Part shown: positions 1-17,254 of the stretch, in pieces
Numbering within the stretch: the first letter of the stretch is position 1
Layout: every line of letters starts with the position of its first letter
Assembly: GCF_009914755.1 (NCBI RefSeq)
Contig: NC_060929.1
DNA length: 64,000 nucleotides
Reading direction: 5' to 3' (one strand)
Origin: the human T2T-CHM13v2.0 reference genome, Homo sapiens
Position numbers and translations under genes: made by a program
Notes under the pieces: generated by a model
The model's database searches: none
The model's input: only the letters and a program-made list of their open reading frames with translations
What the model was told of the DNA's origin: nothing

Positions 1-179
<179 letters not shown>

Positions 180-199
180 GTCAGTAGAAAATGATTTAA

Positions 200-565
200 T
201 AAAAACCCTGCAACACAAAAAGCACTAACTATAAAGGAAAAGAATAATACATTTCTCTAGTTTAAAGTTAAGAACTTCTCAAGAGACACCATTAAGTGTA
301 TGACAAAGCAAGTCAGAGAGGGACAAGCTATTTGCCACAGGTATAGCTGACAAAGGAGTCAGATCCAGAATATATAAAGAACACCTCGAAATCGATTTAG
401 AAAAGAATACTTACAAAGGCATTTCATAAAAGAGGAAATGGCCTATAGTAATATGAAAAAGGTGCTCAACCCCACTAATAACTAGGGAAATGCAAACTAA
501 AACCACAATACCATTACATACCAACCAAAATGGCCAAAGTGAAAGAAGAACGCTGAAAATACCAA
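200..565 (+). mobile_element. Old L1 (L1M-type) fragment
   Basis: L1 3'-region phrases such as gggaaatgcaaactaaaaccacaat. Confidence 0.6.
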
Positions 566-1011
566 CTGGTCAGAACAGATGAGAACTTGCCAGGGAGTCT
601 TTGTAATACACAGTTGTTCAATATATATTGTTAGACTTCTGATTTTTTTTTTTTAGTGCATATTTTGTACAGGTATGTTTTTCATTCCCATTCAGAGTTG
701 GACCATTTGTATTTTCTGGTAGGTTTCTCTTGTGGTCCCTGAAAAAATCCAATGCTTACTGAGTATTGCAAATCCTATGCCCACATTTACAAACAATATA
801 CATATTAGAGTATTGCTAATACCATACTATCATTCACTGTTATCCAAAGATTATCCAACTAGAACCTAAAATTCTATGACATTTCCTGGTTTGGAAATGC
901 TTCAATTTTGTCAAATATTTCACTATTGGCTGCAGAAACATCTGCAATGACGACTAAGAAATTACCTTGCTCTCTCTTTAAAAGGAGACTTCCAAGAGTC
1001 ATATTGTAGCG

Positions 1012-1030
1012 TGGCGCCACCTGGTGGTTC
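1012..1030 (-). promoter_or_regulatory. CTCF-type core motif GAACCACCAGGTGGCGCCA
   Basis: Near-perfect match to the CCASYAGRKGGCRS consensus in non-Alu sequence. Confidence 0.65.
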
Positions 1031-1489
1031 CACTGTATCCAACGTATTTTTTTTCTTCTACCATCTCTTCCCCCTTTCAGCCCTTTTCTTGTTTCTCCTC
1101 TTCCCAGGTTCATCTGCCACTACATTCCACATTAGACAGCAGCACAGTTAACACTTCGCCATGGCCAATTCCGAACCTATGCAGAGTTTTACAGAATGAG
1201 ATAAAGCACTTCTCTGTATGTTTATTAGATAATTTTTTCTTTTATGAAGTGCTTCATTAAGGTTTTTGCCCATTTTTCTATTGGGTGTTCCTTTTCTTTG
1301 GTATACAGAAGTACTTTACATACCTGGACACCTGTCCTTTGACGGTTATATGAATTAATATATTTCCCAACTCTACAGGCTTTTTGTTTTTGTAAATGGT
1401 GTTTTTTGGTGAATGCATTCTAGTATAGTCAAATATATCAATCACTTCATTTAGAGTTACATTTTCTTTTACCTTATTTAAGGAATCCT

Positions 1490-1802
<313 letters not shown>

Positions 1803-2073
1803 TTATTACTTCTGAAATTTTGTTATACAACTTTGTTATTTCTTCTGTAAGTGTTTGGTAGAACTTACCAGTAAAGTCATCCAAGACTGAAGTTTTCTCT
1901 GTGGAAAAGCTTTTAAAGAGGATTTAATTTCTTTAATAGAGGACTATGAAGTTTTCCATCTTGTTATAGTTTTGTTAAGCTGTGTTTTCTATGAATTTGT
2001 ATATTTCATGTACATTTTACTTACTCAAAGTGTCTTAATATCTCTCTAATTTCTTTGTAATTATAGTAATTCT

Positions 2074-2309
2074 GGCTGAGGTGGGTGGGTCACAAGGTCA
2101 GGAGATCAAGACCATCCTGGCTAACACGGTGAAACTCTGTCTCTACTAAAAATACAAAAAGTTAGCCGGGTGTGGTAGCATGCGCCTGTAGTCCCAATTA
2201 CTCAGGAGGCTGAGGCAGGAGAATTGCTTGAACCTGGGAGGCAGAGGTTGCAGTGAGCCAAGATCACGCAACTGCACTCCAGCCTGGGTGAGAGAGCGAG
2301 ACTCCTTCT

Positions 2310-2340
<31 letters not shown>
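2074..2340 (+). mobile_element. Alu, 5' truncated, long A-tail
   Basis: Alu consensus. Confidence 0.92.
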
Positions 2341-2375
<35 letters not shown>

Positions 2376-2640
2376 TATATGTACATAAATATATATTTAT
2401 ATATACGTATATATACATGTATATATACGTATACATATACACATATATATGTATACGTATATATACATGTATATATACGTATATATAAATATATATTTTA
2501 TATATAAATAAAAAATATATTTTATTTATATATTTTATATATAAATAAAAAATATATTTTATTTATATATACACATATATAAGTATACATAAATAAAAAA
2601 TATATATAAATTAAAAAATATATATATATAAATAAAATAA
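2341..2640. repeat. (TA)n/(TATACA)n low-complexity AT-rich repeat
   Basis: Directly visible. Confidence 0.95.
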
Positions 2641-2646
2641 TTCTTT

Positions 2647-2915
2647 GGTTGGGTACAGTGGCTCATGCCTGTAACGCCAGCACTTGGGGAGGCCAAGGTG
2701 GGAGGATTGCTTGAGCTCAGGAATTCAAGACCAGCCCAGGGAATATAGTGATATCTCATTTCTCTTTAAAAAAATAAAATAAATAAGTAGCCGGGCACAC
2801 CTGTAATCTCAGCTACTCAGAAGACCGAGGTGGGAGATCACTTGAGGTTGAGGCTGCAATGAGCTATGACTGTACCACTGCACCCCAGCCTGGGCAACAG
2901 AACAAGATCCTGTCC
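2647..2915 (+). mobile_element. Alu (J-like, diverged)
   Basis: gggaggattgcttgag diagnostic motif. Confidence 0.88.
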
Positions 2916-3434
2916 CCACCCCCGCCCACCAAATAATAATTCTTTTCCATCTCCAACACTGGTTAGTTCTGCCATTTTTTCCCTTGATCATTTTCACCAA
3001 GGGTTTACCAATTATTTTTTCAAAAAGCAATTCTCGTGCCTCAGCCTCCCGAGTAGCTGGGACTACAGACACTCGCCACCACGCCTGGGTAATCATATCC
3101 AAAAGGTTCTGATATTCTTATTTTCATTTCAATTCGGTTCAAAATACTTTCCATTTTCCACTGGATTTGGAGCTACATTTCTTCCAAATTTCATAATTTT
3201 TATTTAGTTCTTCTGTAATCAGACTGCCTTCTCTATATGATTTAAGCCCTCTGAAATTTATTAGTAAGTTTCTTTATGGCCTAACATTTATTCAACTTTG
3301 ATAAATGATCCATGTTCATCTGTAAATAACATATATTTTGCAGTTATTGATACAGTGTTCTATACAGGCCCATTAGATTAAGTTTGTTCACTATGTTGTT
3401 CCAATCACTATTTCCTTACTGATTTGGTGGGAAG

Positions 3435-3436
<2 letters not shown>

Positions 3437-3485
<49 letters not shown>
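3437..3485. repeat. (GT)~24 microsatellite
   Basis: Directly visible. Confidence 0.97.
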
Positions 3486-3487
<2 letters not shown>

Positions 3488-4007
3488 TCTATCATTTCCT
3501 GAGACAGCTGTGTTAAAATCTTATATATAGACTTCTACTTTTGGTCAAGATGGAATACCTGTCACTCTATCCTCCTGCCTGAAGCAACTAAAAAACTGAA
3601 CAACGTAGGTAAAACAATGTCACTTAAGACACGGGCCATCAGGCACTGAAGAACAGTAACTGCTGACCGAACATGAAACAAAAGAGGTAAGCCCTGCCGC
3701 TGCCCCAGAATTTATTTCCTGAACAACATTTCTAGGCCATAATGCAAGGGAGGGGAAACCCAGACCAGAGTCCACCAATTTTTCCAGATTTTAAGAGACA
3801 GAGGCAAGAGTCAGGGAGGCTAAAGGGCTACAGTTCAATCTTTCATAAACTCTCCCAAGAATAGACAAAGAGGAAACAACTTCCAGCTCTTTCCACGAGG
3901 ACATTTTTACATTAACACCAAAATCTGACAAGGGTATGAAAAGAAAGGAAAATTATACACCACCTCTCTCTTGAATACAGATGCTAAAATTCTAAATGAA
4001 ATATTGC

Positions 4008-4457
<450 letters not shown>

Positions 4458-4675
4458 CTAACAGGTAAGAGAAAAATAATTTGATCATCTCAATAAATTC
4501 AAGAAAAGCATTTGACATAATTCAACAGCATATACTTTCTTAGCAAGGTATAAATAAAACTTCCTTAAACTCATAAATACCACCAAAATCCTACAGCAAT
4601 CACTATGCTCAACGGTGACATCCGAATGCGTTCTCGCTGAGATCAGGAACAAAGAAAGGAATTCCATTCTGACCA

Positions 4676-4945
4676 CTTTTTGAGACAGGGTCTCACTCTG
4701 TCACCCAGGCTGGAATGCAGTAGTGTGATCAAAGCTCACCTCCTAGGCTCAAGTGATCCTTCTACCAACTAAGCCTTTTAAGTAGCTGGGACCACAGCTG
4801 TGCACTGGCACACCCAGCTAATTTTTTGTAGAGATGGGGTTTCACCATGTTGTCCAGGATGGTCTCGAACTCCCGGGCTCAAGCAATCCTCCCACCTCGG
4901 CCTCCCAAGGTGCTGGGATTACAGGTGTGAGCCACTGGATCTGGC
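4676..4945 (-). mobile_element. Alu (J-like)
   Basis: Reverse Alu consensus. Confidence 0.9.
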
Positions 4946-5013
4946 CCACTCTGACCACTTCTATTCAACACTATACTGGGCATTTTGGCCAGTGCAGTAA
5001 GACAAGAAAAGAA

Positions 5014-5486
<473 letters not shown>

Positions 5487-5794
5487 TTACAGACCTGAAT
5501 AGACTTCACAAAATGGTCCAAATGGTCAATAAGTATTTGAAAAGATGCCTAGCATTATTAGTCACTATTAAAATTTAAACCACAAGATACCAGTATATAC
5601 TTACCAGAATGTCTGAAATGAGAAAAATAATAGGCTGACCAGGCTTCTCCAGAGGCACCTTCTGGGAGAGCCAGTTCTTCTCTTCGTCTATCAAGTGCTT
5701 CTTGGGGGTGGAAGAAGTTAAAGGAAGTGTATTTCTGGACCAACACATCCTTAACTGCAGGGACTGGATTTCTGACATCAGACATATATAGTAA

Positions 5795-6589
<795 letters not shown>

Positions 6590-7529
6590 TGAAGAAATAT
6601 ATTTTCTAAATAAAGAAACTAGTGAGACTGTGGAGAGATGGTCAGGGGGACAGAATGGCCTGGGAAAACCTGGTGAAGAGGGGGTGAACTGGAAGAAGGT
6701 AGAAGTCTTAGCTATAATGGGAGTAACATTCTCTGGGTACCGAGGGAAAACTGTGAGGAGATTTTAAAAAAGGAGCTAAAGTAGAATTTCCTTCTACTTT
6801 GCCAGGGTCCTGGGATCTAATCCCATAAAAGTGGCTGTATTTACATATACTGCCCAAAAGAGGGGGCAATAGGCATGCTTTCGTAGACCCAGCTGGCTGC
6901 CCATTTGAAATCTATTCTTTCCTTCTTCACTGAAGAGTCCTAAATTTGTTAGGAACATCAATTGCTCAGATAAAATAGATAATTTCCAAGGCACCCTTGG
7001 AGCTACCAGTCATGCAACAGAGGTCTAACTAATGGGATGTAAGTACAAACATGCAAGTGGAGCTTCTGGAAACTACTGTTTTGTTCTCTTTGCGTAGAAA
7101 GAGACACATATTTGCACCTTTTCCTTACCTAAGCCTATCCTTTTCACCCCTACTTTTGCCATCCTTGACAGCATCGTGGAGGAGTTACAGTATCAGCCCC
7201 GGACAGTTTTGTCTGTAGACTTTTCTACTGTAAGAAGAAAAAGAAACAGACAACAATAACAAAAAGACAAGCCCCAATTGAGTTTAAGCCACTGTTAACT
7301 TGGTATGCCATCAAACACAATTTTTTAAACCTAAACAATAGCTATGGTGTTTCACAGATTTGACATAACCAACAACAAATGGACCACTCCAATTTTTCTG
7401 GATAGTTAAAAAATAAGGCCTTCACACCAACACAGGTCCCAGACTGGCACTCTCGAATGACTAAGTTTGTAATTATTTCATCAGTTCCATACATTTATAA
7501 TTAAGTACAGAGAAGATTAATGTAGATTC

Positions 7530-7535
7530 TTTATT
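7530..7535 (-). terminator. Distal polyadenylation signal AATAAA
   Basis: tttatt on + strand at the end of the repeat-free UTR block. Confidence 0.75.
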
Positions 7536-9517
7536 GATTCCACCAATGTATTAGTAGATATGATAATAATAAATGGTATTTTTACATTCTCTTAACCAAA
7601 AATATAACAAATATTTACACTCAGTAAAAATACAAAAAGCATACAGAGGCACTGTCTTTCTAAAAGACATAAGTTTAAGAGGTATCAAAAAATAGGAGAC
7701 AAACATTGCTTGTTACAGGATACCTTACAATCAATGAATTGTGCAGTAGAATTGCTATCTGATTATTACAGATGTGCAGTTTTGTTTCTGTCTTTTGCTG
7801 ATTAGCTTACATGTCTCAATTTTAAAAGATCAAGTTCAACTGCATTCTGTGTATCAAAAATAAAGAAGCATTAAAAATGCACAACAAAAGTCAAAGATGA
7901 ACCAGGATTCAAGTTTAAATTTGAACATGTACTGTGACACTTTTGACACTTTTCTGAAGATTTATCCCGTTTTTCTAGCCTTTAAGGTAATGCTGAAGGA
8001 ATACATATACTTTAATATCACCTTTTTTAGAAACTTAAAATTGAATCAAAATAATCAGTTTTAAGGAAGCTTTTTCTCCTCCTTCCTTTTTTGTAGAGGA
8101 AAGAACACTTGATAAAAATTAGATTTGTTCTTAAAAACACCCATGATTACCATCACATTTTCAGCCTGGGAGAGATTCTCAAGGAGGTGATATAGATCGC
8201 AATGATGTGATTTATCACCCTCAAGAAAATTCACTAAAGGCTTTTTCTCCCCAAAGATCATATTGAAAGTAATCATTTGGAGTAAATTAGAATTATTAAC
8301 TTTAATAAGCTTTTATGGAATCATGTACTGGATTTACTAATTCTCAAAATCTTTCACTATAAAGATATTTTGTTGAAACTTACTATTTGGCAAAAGTTTG
8401 CACTGAGCGTTAACTGCTTCAACAGTCTTGGCAGATTGAGAGTTGTGGCAGGAAGAGAGGGCACTAGTCTCTTCATTAAGATTATAAATTTATAAAACAA
8501 AAACAAATGGAGATCTGGAATTGGAGTAAATGCAGCTTAAGACTTCTCTTGTTCTAGTCATATGACAAACTAAGAGAAGGCAGGAATGTACCCTTAGTTA
8601 AAATATAAAAATCAAAACCTCATGATTTTTTAAGGGATACATACATAACAAACTACAAAGCATTTGGCTTTGGCTCCTGATCAATGTGATCAGCTGATCT
8701 GAACACTCACAGTTAAAGCTAGATAGATAAAACAAAGGCAGCTGTAAGGTGCAAGTCCAAAACCATAGGCCTCAACACTCTGTGCAAGATATTTACACTA
8801 TTAAGGACAAAGACAGGTAAGGCTTCCATTTGGTTTGAAAGACCTGCTAAATAAAGACATTATGAAAACAGCACATTTTTCTGGGGAAATGAATATAAAA
8901 TGGTGAGAGTAGACATCTGAATTTGATAAAAAAAGTGGGTATAGCAAAAATATATTTCACATTGTTTTGCTGTGGCCATGAAAACAAAATTATGCAAATC
9001 AGTGAAGGAAAAAATGTATAATCATAGGACCACTGTTTATAGGCCAAATCACTGAAGTGTAACTTTCAAACTAGGATTTTTGGTTCAGGTTATTTCCCAT
9101 TTCAAAGGACCAAGAAAGCTATGGAACCACCAAGCCTCATTCTATCATACCTGCGATTAATTTCTAAGGCTTAAGTTTCAGATTAATGTTTCTTTACCAC
9201 AGGAATTTTTGAAATGCTATTATTCCTAAAATAAAGAGACAATCATGTTGATGGGAAAGATGAACTACTACCATTTACCACTTACAACTGATTCATGATT
9301 TTAAAATGAAGGGGGATATGCAGGAAGACAGACAGCAGAGACAGCTAGGGAAAGACAACACATTTCTATAAAGGAGGCCACAAACCAACTAAATCCTATG
9401 TGGACACATACGGACAGCCATTCAGAAGTAAACCCCTTTTGGCTCCAAGTTGATCTGGGTAGTGCACGTTAATGGCTTTGGCTTTTTTTTTTTTTTTTTT
9501 TTTGGTAATTACAGAAG

Positions 9518-9523
9518 TTTATT
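9518..9523 (-). terminator. Proximal polyadenylation signal AATAAA
   Basis: tttatt on + strand, followed on the minus strand by a genomic A21 tract (9483-9503). Confidence 0.6.
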
Positions 9524-10861
9524 AAAATTTCACTTGCTTTTACATTAAAAAAACTGAAAAAATTAAACTTAATATATATAAAATATATTTAATTTGCAAA
9601 AATGTGAAAAATCTGCCTCATCCAGTAAACAGTCACTGAAATTTTAATTAAGAGTGCCATACCCATGAGGCTGGAAAAGTATGTCCTCTCAAGGGCTAAA
9701 AACTGAGAACCAAGAGACAATCATTTCTGTAACTCCAGCTCCTCTTTCTCCCACAAAATGTTACTGCAGCCAGCTGAGAGCTGCAGGGTATGTCAGGTCA
9801 GACACAACCTGGTGCTATGAGATGTGGGGGAGGCATGCTGCAGAACACTGCATAAAGTCAAATTCGTCTTCATTATTACAACACCCATGATAAGAATTTC
9901 TTTAAAAAAAGTATTCCATACTTGAGTTATGAGAGATTTTAGTTTTGGGTTTCTATAGACCAGAACTCTCTAGAACCCAGTCTCTATTTGTTGGATCTAT
10001 ACTTTCAGTTACAATTCGATGCAGCATAACTTTCACTTAAGGAAGAATTTGTATACATGTCATTTAACATCAAAATTTCATTCTGTGGAAATTAGGGTTC
10101 CCACCCTCCTCCCCAAACTACTCCCTCCCATTTCCCAAAGGACTGACAAGAAACCCTGTGGCAGCTTCATTTGGCCTTCCACACCATGACCAGCAGGTTC
10201 CTAACACCTCAACTGCAAAGGGCTTCCTATTTCTCTCAAACTGAGACCTACATTGCATTGGTGCTACAGATCAAGTCACATCTCTGTGTAGATCAAGCAT
10301 ATCACCTCTGTAAAGATGACTTCTGTTTGGTCAGACCAGAGACAATTTTATGACCTCAAACATGAATATCAGCTAACAAGAGCTCTCAAATACAAACAAA
10401 ACCACAACAATTCAAATAATAAGTTATTTTTCAAATATACAAGAATATCCTTGGTATTGGCAGACAATTTCAATTTGTCCTTCAGCCCAAGCTATGGCTT
10501 GGAAATAATAATGCCATTATCTTTAAAATAGCTTGTTAAAGAAAAATCTATAGCAATATACACAAGGATCACTCTGAGTTTACATTTTTTCTGTAACTGT
10601 GGTCCCAAGGCAGTTCCGGCGTGCAAAGTGGAGACTGGTATCCAGGCATAGCATCCATTGCTCAGGAAACTATTTATCTGCAGAAATTAAATGAAAGGAA
10701 GCATAACTCAGGTCTATTTCATTGCTCGGAGTAGAGGGAATAAAACCTCTGGACTGGTTGTAGCAATGAGCTGTTCGTTAGCAATGGCCTGCAGAATCAT
10801 GAGGTGGTTCTTGCCCATTCCTCCACGACTTTCAGTGGTTTTCAAATAGGTCATCCAAAGG

Positions 10862-10887
10862 CTAGACTGCTGAAACTTGTTCATTTT
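10862..10887 (-). CDS. RAPGEF6: RAPGEF6 last coding exon segment (ENEQVSAV*), class I PDZ-binding C-terminus
   Basis: tttttattttcag|AA AAT GAA CAA GTT TCA GCA GTC TAG; in phase with the previous exon. Confidence 0.94.
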
Positions 10888-11419
10888 CTGAAAATAAAAA
10901 ATATATAATTAACTGGCAGATCAGCATATTAATGAGATCCTAATAATCTAGTTATCTATTTAGAAAATCAATGTCAACAAAGAAATCCTCTCAAACATTG
11001 CATCGAGGCCCAGATTTTATTATAATAATACCTATGATTTCTGATCACATTGAAGGTTGACAATAAACTGGAATTTCATGGTTTTTAATCATTTTATTAC
11101 TCTTGTTTAAAAGCATAAATTTTCATTTATTTTCAATAAAACAATCATTTCTCAAACTATTGGCACAGGTACAAAGTCAGTCAAGACTTTTGCTAATAAA
11201 AGGAACTATATCAATAGAATCATTTCAGATAATTTGGCATTTGAAACACAGTTTCAAGTTTCCATGCATTAAGGTAAAATACAATTCCATTAATGTTAAA
11301 AGTATCCCATTAGATTGAGCCACTGTTTCATCAAAGATAAGAATATTCCATTTGAGCCACAGGGTACTAGGCACACAGAAATAGGCAGCTTGCCCATTTC
11401 ATTTAAAAAATACACCATC

Positions 11420-12357
<938 letters not shown>

Positions 12358-12497
12358 GGCAGGAACTTCTTACTTTTTAACAGAGATTCAAGGCATTTAA
12401 AGAAACAATTACTAATTACCATAAAATACCAAAGTAAAGACCATTTAATGTGTTCAGCAATTCATTTAAGAGCCTTTAAGAGAGCTTGTCAACATAC

Positions 12498-12812
12498 CAT
12501 CTGCTTCGCTATCTGCATCAGTCACATCTCCTAGTTTAGGATGGAATGGCTGCAAATTATGCCTCTGAGGCTGAGTTACAATCTTCGATGGAACACAGGC
12601 CACGAGGTTGCTACTGAGAGAAGCTGGTGGCAGTCTAGAGAGGCTGTTATGCATCATCTTTGACCTCTGCACTGCCACACTATAATCTGGAGGTTTTAGG
12701 TGTGTGTGGGGTCCTTCCTTTAGGTCCGCTAAAGAAATCCCCAAATATCCTGGAGGAGTGGGAGGTGGCTCCCTATACCTATCGTCCTTCTTGGGTGAGG
12801 TGACACAGTACA
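12498..12812 (-). CDS. RAPGEF6: RAPGEF6 penultimate coding exon (VYCVTSP...PPGY...PPDY...DSEAD), symmetric 315 nt
   Basis: ttcatgccag|TG acceptor, G|gtatgt donor; two PPxY motifs. Confidence 0.94.
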
Positions 12813-13367
12813 CTGGCATGAAAAATAAGCAATGAAAATGTTAATGAAAAAGAAATGGAAAAAAAAAGAAACCACCCCACAAACTTATTACAATGACAAA
12901 ATACAACTTAAAAATAGACAAAATGAATAAACTTGAATGATGGCAGATCAAAAACATTTTTTAAAAGTTTAATAAACAAACCTCTTTTTAAAATACATAA
13001 ACAACTATATTAAGTCCTGTAAACATTAAATAGAACGAGAGAGTTGAAGGAGATGACACTGATGACAAGCTTCCTTCTGCAATTCAGCCCCCATATCACA
13101 GAAGTACATGACAACTCCTGAAGTCACACCAGCCCTAAAGATATCAGAAACATTTAAAAGTTCACCCTACACACCGATTCTCTGTAAACTGGGAGACTTT
13201 ACATAGAAATGACATTTGGGCCATCTGTTTAAGGGCTGTTTCACCTTCTCTCTGAGACATGAACCAATGTTTTCTGGCACTCCTGGGCAGATTAGTTCTC
13301 AGTCCTAGCATATAAACTTTAACTTTGCTGGTACGGAGGAACTAATTCCTTCAAGAACTTTACTTCT

Positions 13368-13725
<358 letters not shown>

Positions 13726-14454
13726 TCAGCACATTTCACCTTCACATTTTTAGTAGTTAAATGCGACACCATGACTGTTGCATAAATTTAACAGTTGATT
13801 ATGATATTAATTCAAAGTAGAGTCATTCCATATAAGTAGAAAAGCAGTTTTATATCCACGTATTTATATAGTTTAGGAAAGAAATTTTTAAAAAGTATTT
13901 GATGGCCAAATACTAAAAAAAAAAGTTTACTAAGAAAGCTTGGAATGGAATTCACAAACAGGAGTTGGCACACTCATGATGTACACCAAGAGAGTATACT
14001 GAAAAATGTTCTGGACTTCCTGATTGCATTTTCTCTCACTGTTACGACCTAAAATCAATAGCAGATTCAATGTTTCTACCACGTATGCATACCAATTGTG
14101 GTCCAAACAATTTATGAGGTGATAAAGAGAATAATCCCTTTACTACTATTGCACACTAATGCGATGATATTCCTCAATAAAACCAAAAAGAACTTAAAAA
14201 CAAAAGACAAACAAACTTGTCCCTCTAATTAAATACCTTCACATCAGACTTTTCATTTTAATGGGGTTGAATAGCTGCTCCAAAGTCTTTGAGAAACCAT
14301 GAATTTTTGGGAAATAACTTGTTTGTTTGTGAAGGAAAGAAAGGTTGTTAGAGAATGAATTTTTGCGACGATAAAATCCAGGGCCAAGATATCCCAATGC
14401 CATTTTTTGACTACTTAATCTCTAAATGCCACAGACAACAAAAACACAACTTAC

Positions 14455-14945
14455 CAATCAAGCCCTTTTCTGTACTTGAAGTGACAGTTTTATAAACTGG
14501 GTCAGTGGCATCCTTGGGGTCCAAGCCTTCAGATGACTCAGCTGGGGTGCTCTCCAATACTCTCCGTTTAACTGTCCCATAGTTTGGTTCATACGTGTCA
14601 GACAGAGAACTGGAGGAGGTCCAACTCTTTCTCTCTAGGCTTCCTTTACACTGCCCACAAGTTCTAGAGCAGCTTTTAGAACAGGAATAGGGCTCAGAGT
14701 CAGTGGGTTCAACTTCAGCAATGGGGTCATCCAAATGGGTATGTCTGTAAGAGTTCAAAAAATCCCAGCTTTTTGGGTTTGGAAGGCTTTGGAAGTTGTC
14801 ATGGGAGCTGCTTGAACACGAAGTCCAACTTCCACGACCACTGTCAGCTGCTTCTATAATGATATGCTCTTGAGAAATCTCTTCATTGCTCACAGACGAT
14901 GAGACAGCTAAACACTTGATTAGAGATGGCTTCAAGAGTGTCCAC
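14455..14945 (-). CDS. RAPGEF6: RAPGEF6 coding exon (WTLLKPS...DSGRGSWTS...EKGLI)
   Basis: tttag|G acceptor, G|gtaagt donor; 491 nt. Confidence 0.95.
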
Positions 14946-15214
14946 CTAAAATTGGAGATAACGTACAATTAGAAGGCTTGCCAGAAAAACTATCTTCTCT
15001 CTGTTTCAAGTTATTATTGCCTGTGAGAAACTACAGAGCACGTACCACAAGTGTTCATGCCAAATAACATCGTGAGGAAAACAATATTATCATCATTCAT
15101 CACTATATTCCTTGTAAGTATTTAGTTAACACTCAGAAGACACAGTAAAGAAACTCTAATGCTTAGCAAAATTTCCTTAGAATTTTTCTTTTTAAATTTT
15201 AAAATGTTAGATAT

Positions 15215-15377
15215 TTTTTTTTTTTTCGAGACAGGGTGTCACTCTGTTGCCCAGACCAGAGTGCAGTGGTTATTTACAGGCACGATCATGATGCACTGCA
15301 GCTTTTAACTCCTGGGCTCAAGTGATCCTCCCGCCTCAGCCTCCCCAGCAGCTGGGATGGACCAGAGGTATGCCTGG
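15215..15377 (-). mobile_element. Alu monomer / FRAM-like fragment
   Basis: Reverse Alu right-arm sequence. Confidence 0.8.
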
Positions 15378-15623
15378 CAAGTATTTTTCTTGAACTGATT
15401 TTAAATGAAAATGTAAAGATGAGAGTTGAAATGAATAAGGTTAAGTATACATATTCATTTTTGGTCATCACAATATTAGACTACTGCGTCCATGCATACA
15501 GAATTAAGAGTTCCCAACTTGAAGAATCATGTTTTATTTTTCAACGTACCTCTGAGGTTAGCCCAGTACAGTGCCAAGTAAACAGCAACTTCCCCAATTA
15601 CCCATGAAATGAATAATTTATAG

Positions 15624-16444
<821 letters not shown>

Positions 16445-17025
16445 TTATCTTAAATTTTTCATATTAAAGTAGACCAGATTTCACAATATTTATCAGTTAG
16501 AATAAACTTTCTCAAAGATTTCCACGTTGCTTGATTCTAAATAGAAATTTAGAGTTGATTTTTTTTTTTAATTAACCTTTGCTAGGTGATTATTCTTACT
16601 CCCCAAATTACACTTTCAGAGGACAGAGATCAAGGGCTAGTCCTACTCTCCCAACCTGTCTACAATGTGCACAGCACTCGAGGCACTTTCCAAAACACAA
16701 CCTTTTTGATTAACCTATAGCCAGAATTTCAAAAATTATCTCCCCTATATAAGTAGCAGATGCACTTTGAGTTCTGACTGGAAAGATACATAATGATAAA
16801 AAGTTACTTGAATTTAGTAACACTTTAAAAATGAACACCCATACATCTTTCAACATAGTGCTTATTTACATATTCAGAATAGAGAATATGTGCTTGGCCC
16901 ACATATTCTTTTATGGATAACTCTGCAATTACCCCATGGGAGGTCCAAGGTCAAGGTGGGGAGCACTCCTTGCAGTGGCCACTTGGCTTGGGTTTTGTGT
17001 TATGAACACAGACAATGATGCTTAC

Positions 17026-17254
17026 CCAGGGCCATGTTGACTATGATCTCCTATCCCTGAAGCGTGCTCTGTCTTTTCCAATGCCCCAGTGGATTCAGGG
17101 ACTGCCAGGGCCTGAGAGGAACACCGTTCATCCTGTAGAGCTGCAGACATGGAGTCAACAGAACAATTGCTCACGATGCTGGACCGTGAAGAAATCTCAC
17201 TATGGCTGGAGTCAGACAAGTTGTCAGATTTAGCTGATGGAATAAGTGTGTAAC
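17026..17254 (-). CDS. RAPGEF6: RAPGEF6 coding exon (GYTLIPSAKSDNLSDSSHSEISSRSS...QHGP)
   Basis: ttcttgttcag|GT acceptor, GG|gtaagc donor; 229 nt. Confidence 0.95.

Larger units (their letters stand above)
7510..10861 (-). other. RAPGEF6: RAPGEF6 3' UTR (long form); 3' end approximate
   Basis: AT-rich stretch with no obvious interspersed repeat, running from the stop codon to the distal AATAAA. Confidence 0.8.

Noticed and set aside
874-1113. 79-aa minus-strand ORF over the CTCF motif
   Set aside because: Non-ATG start, no splice context, no recognisable homology
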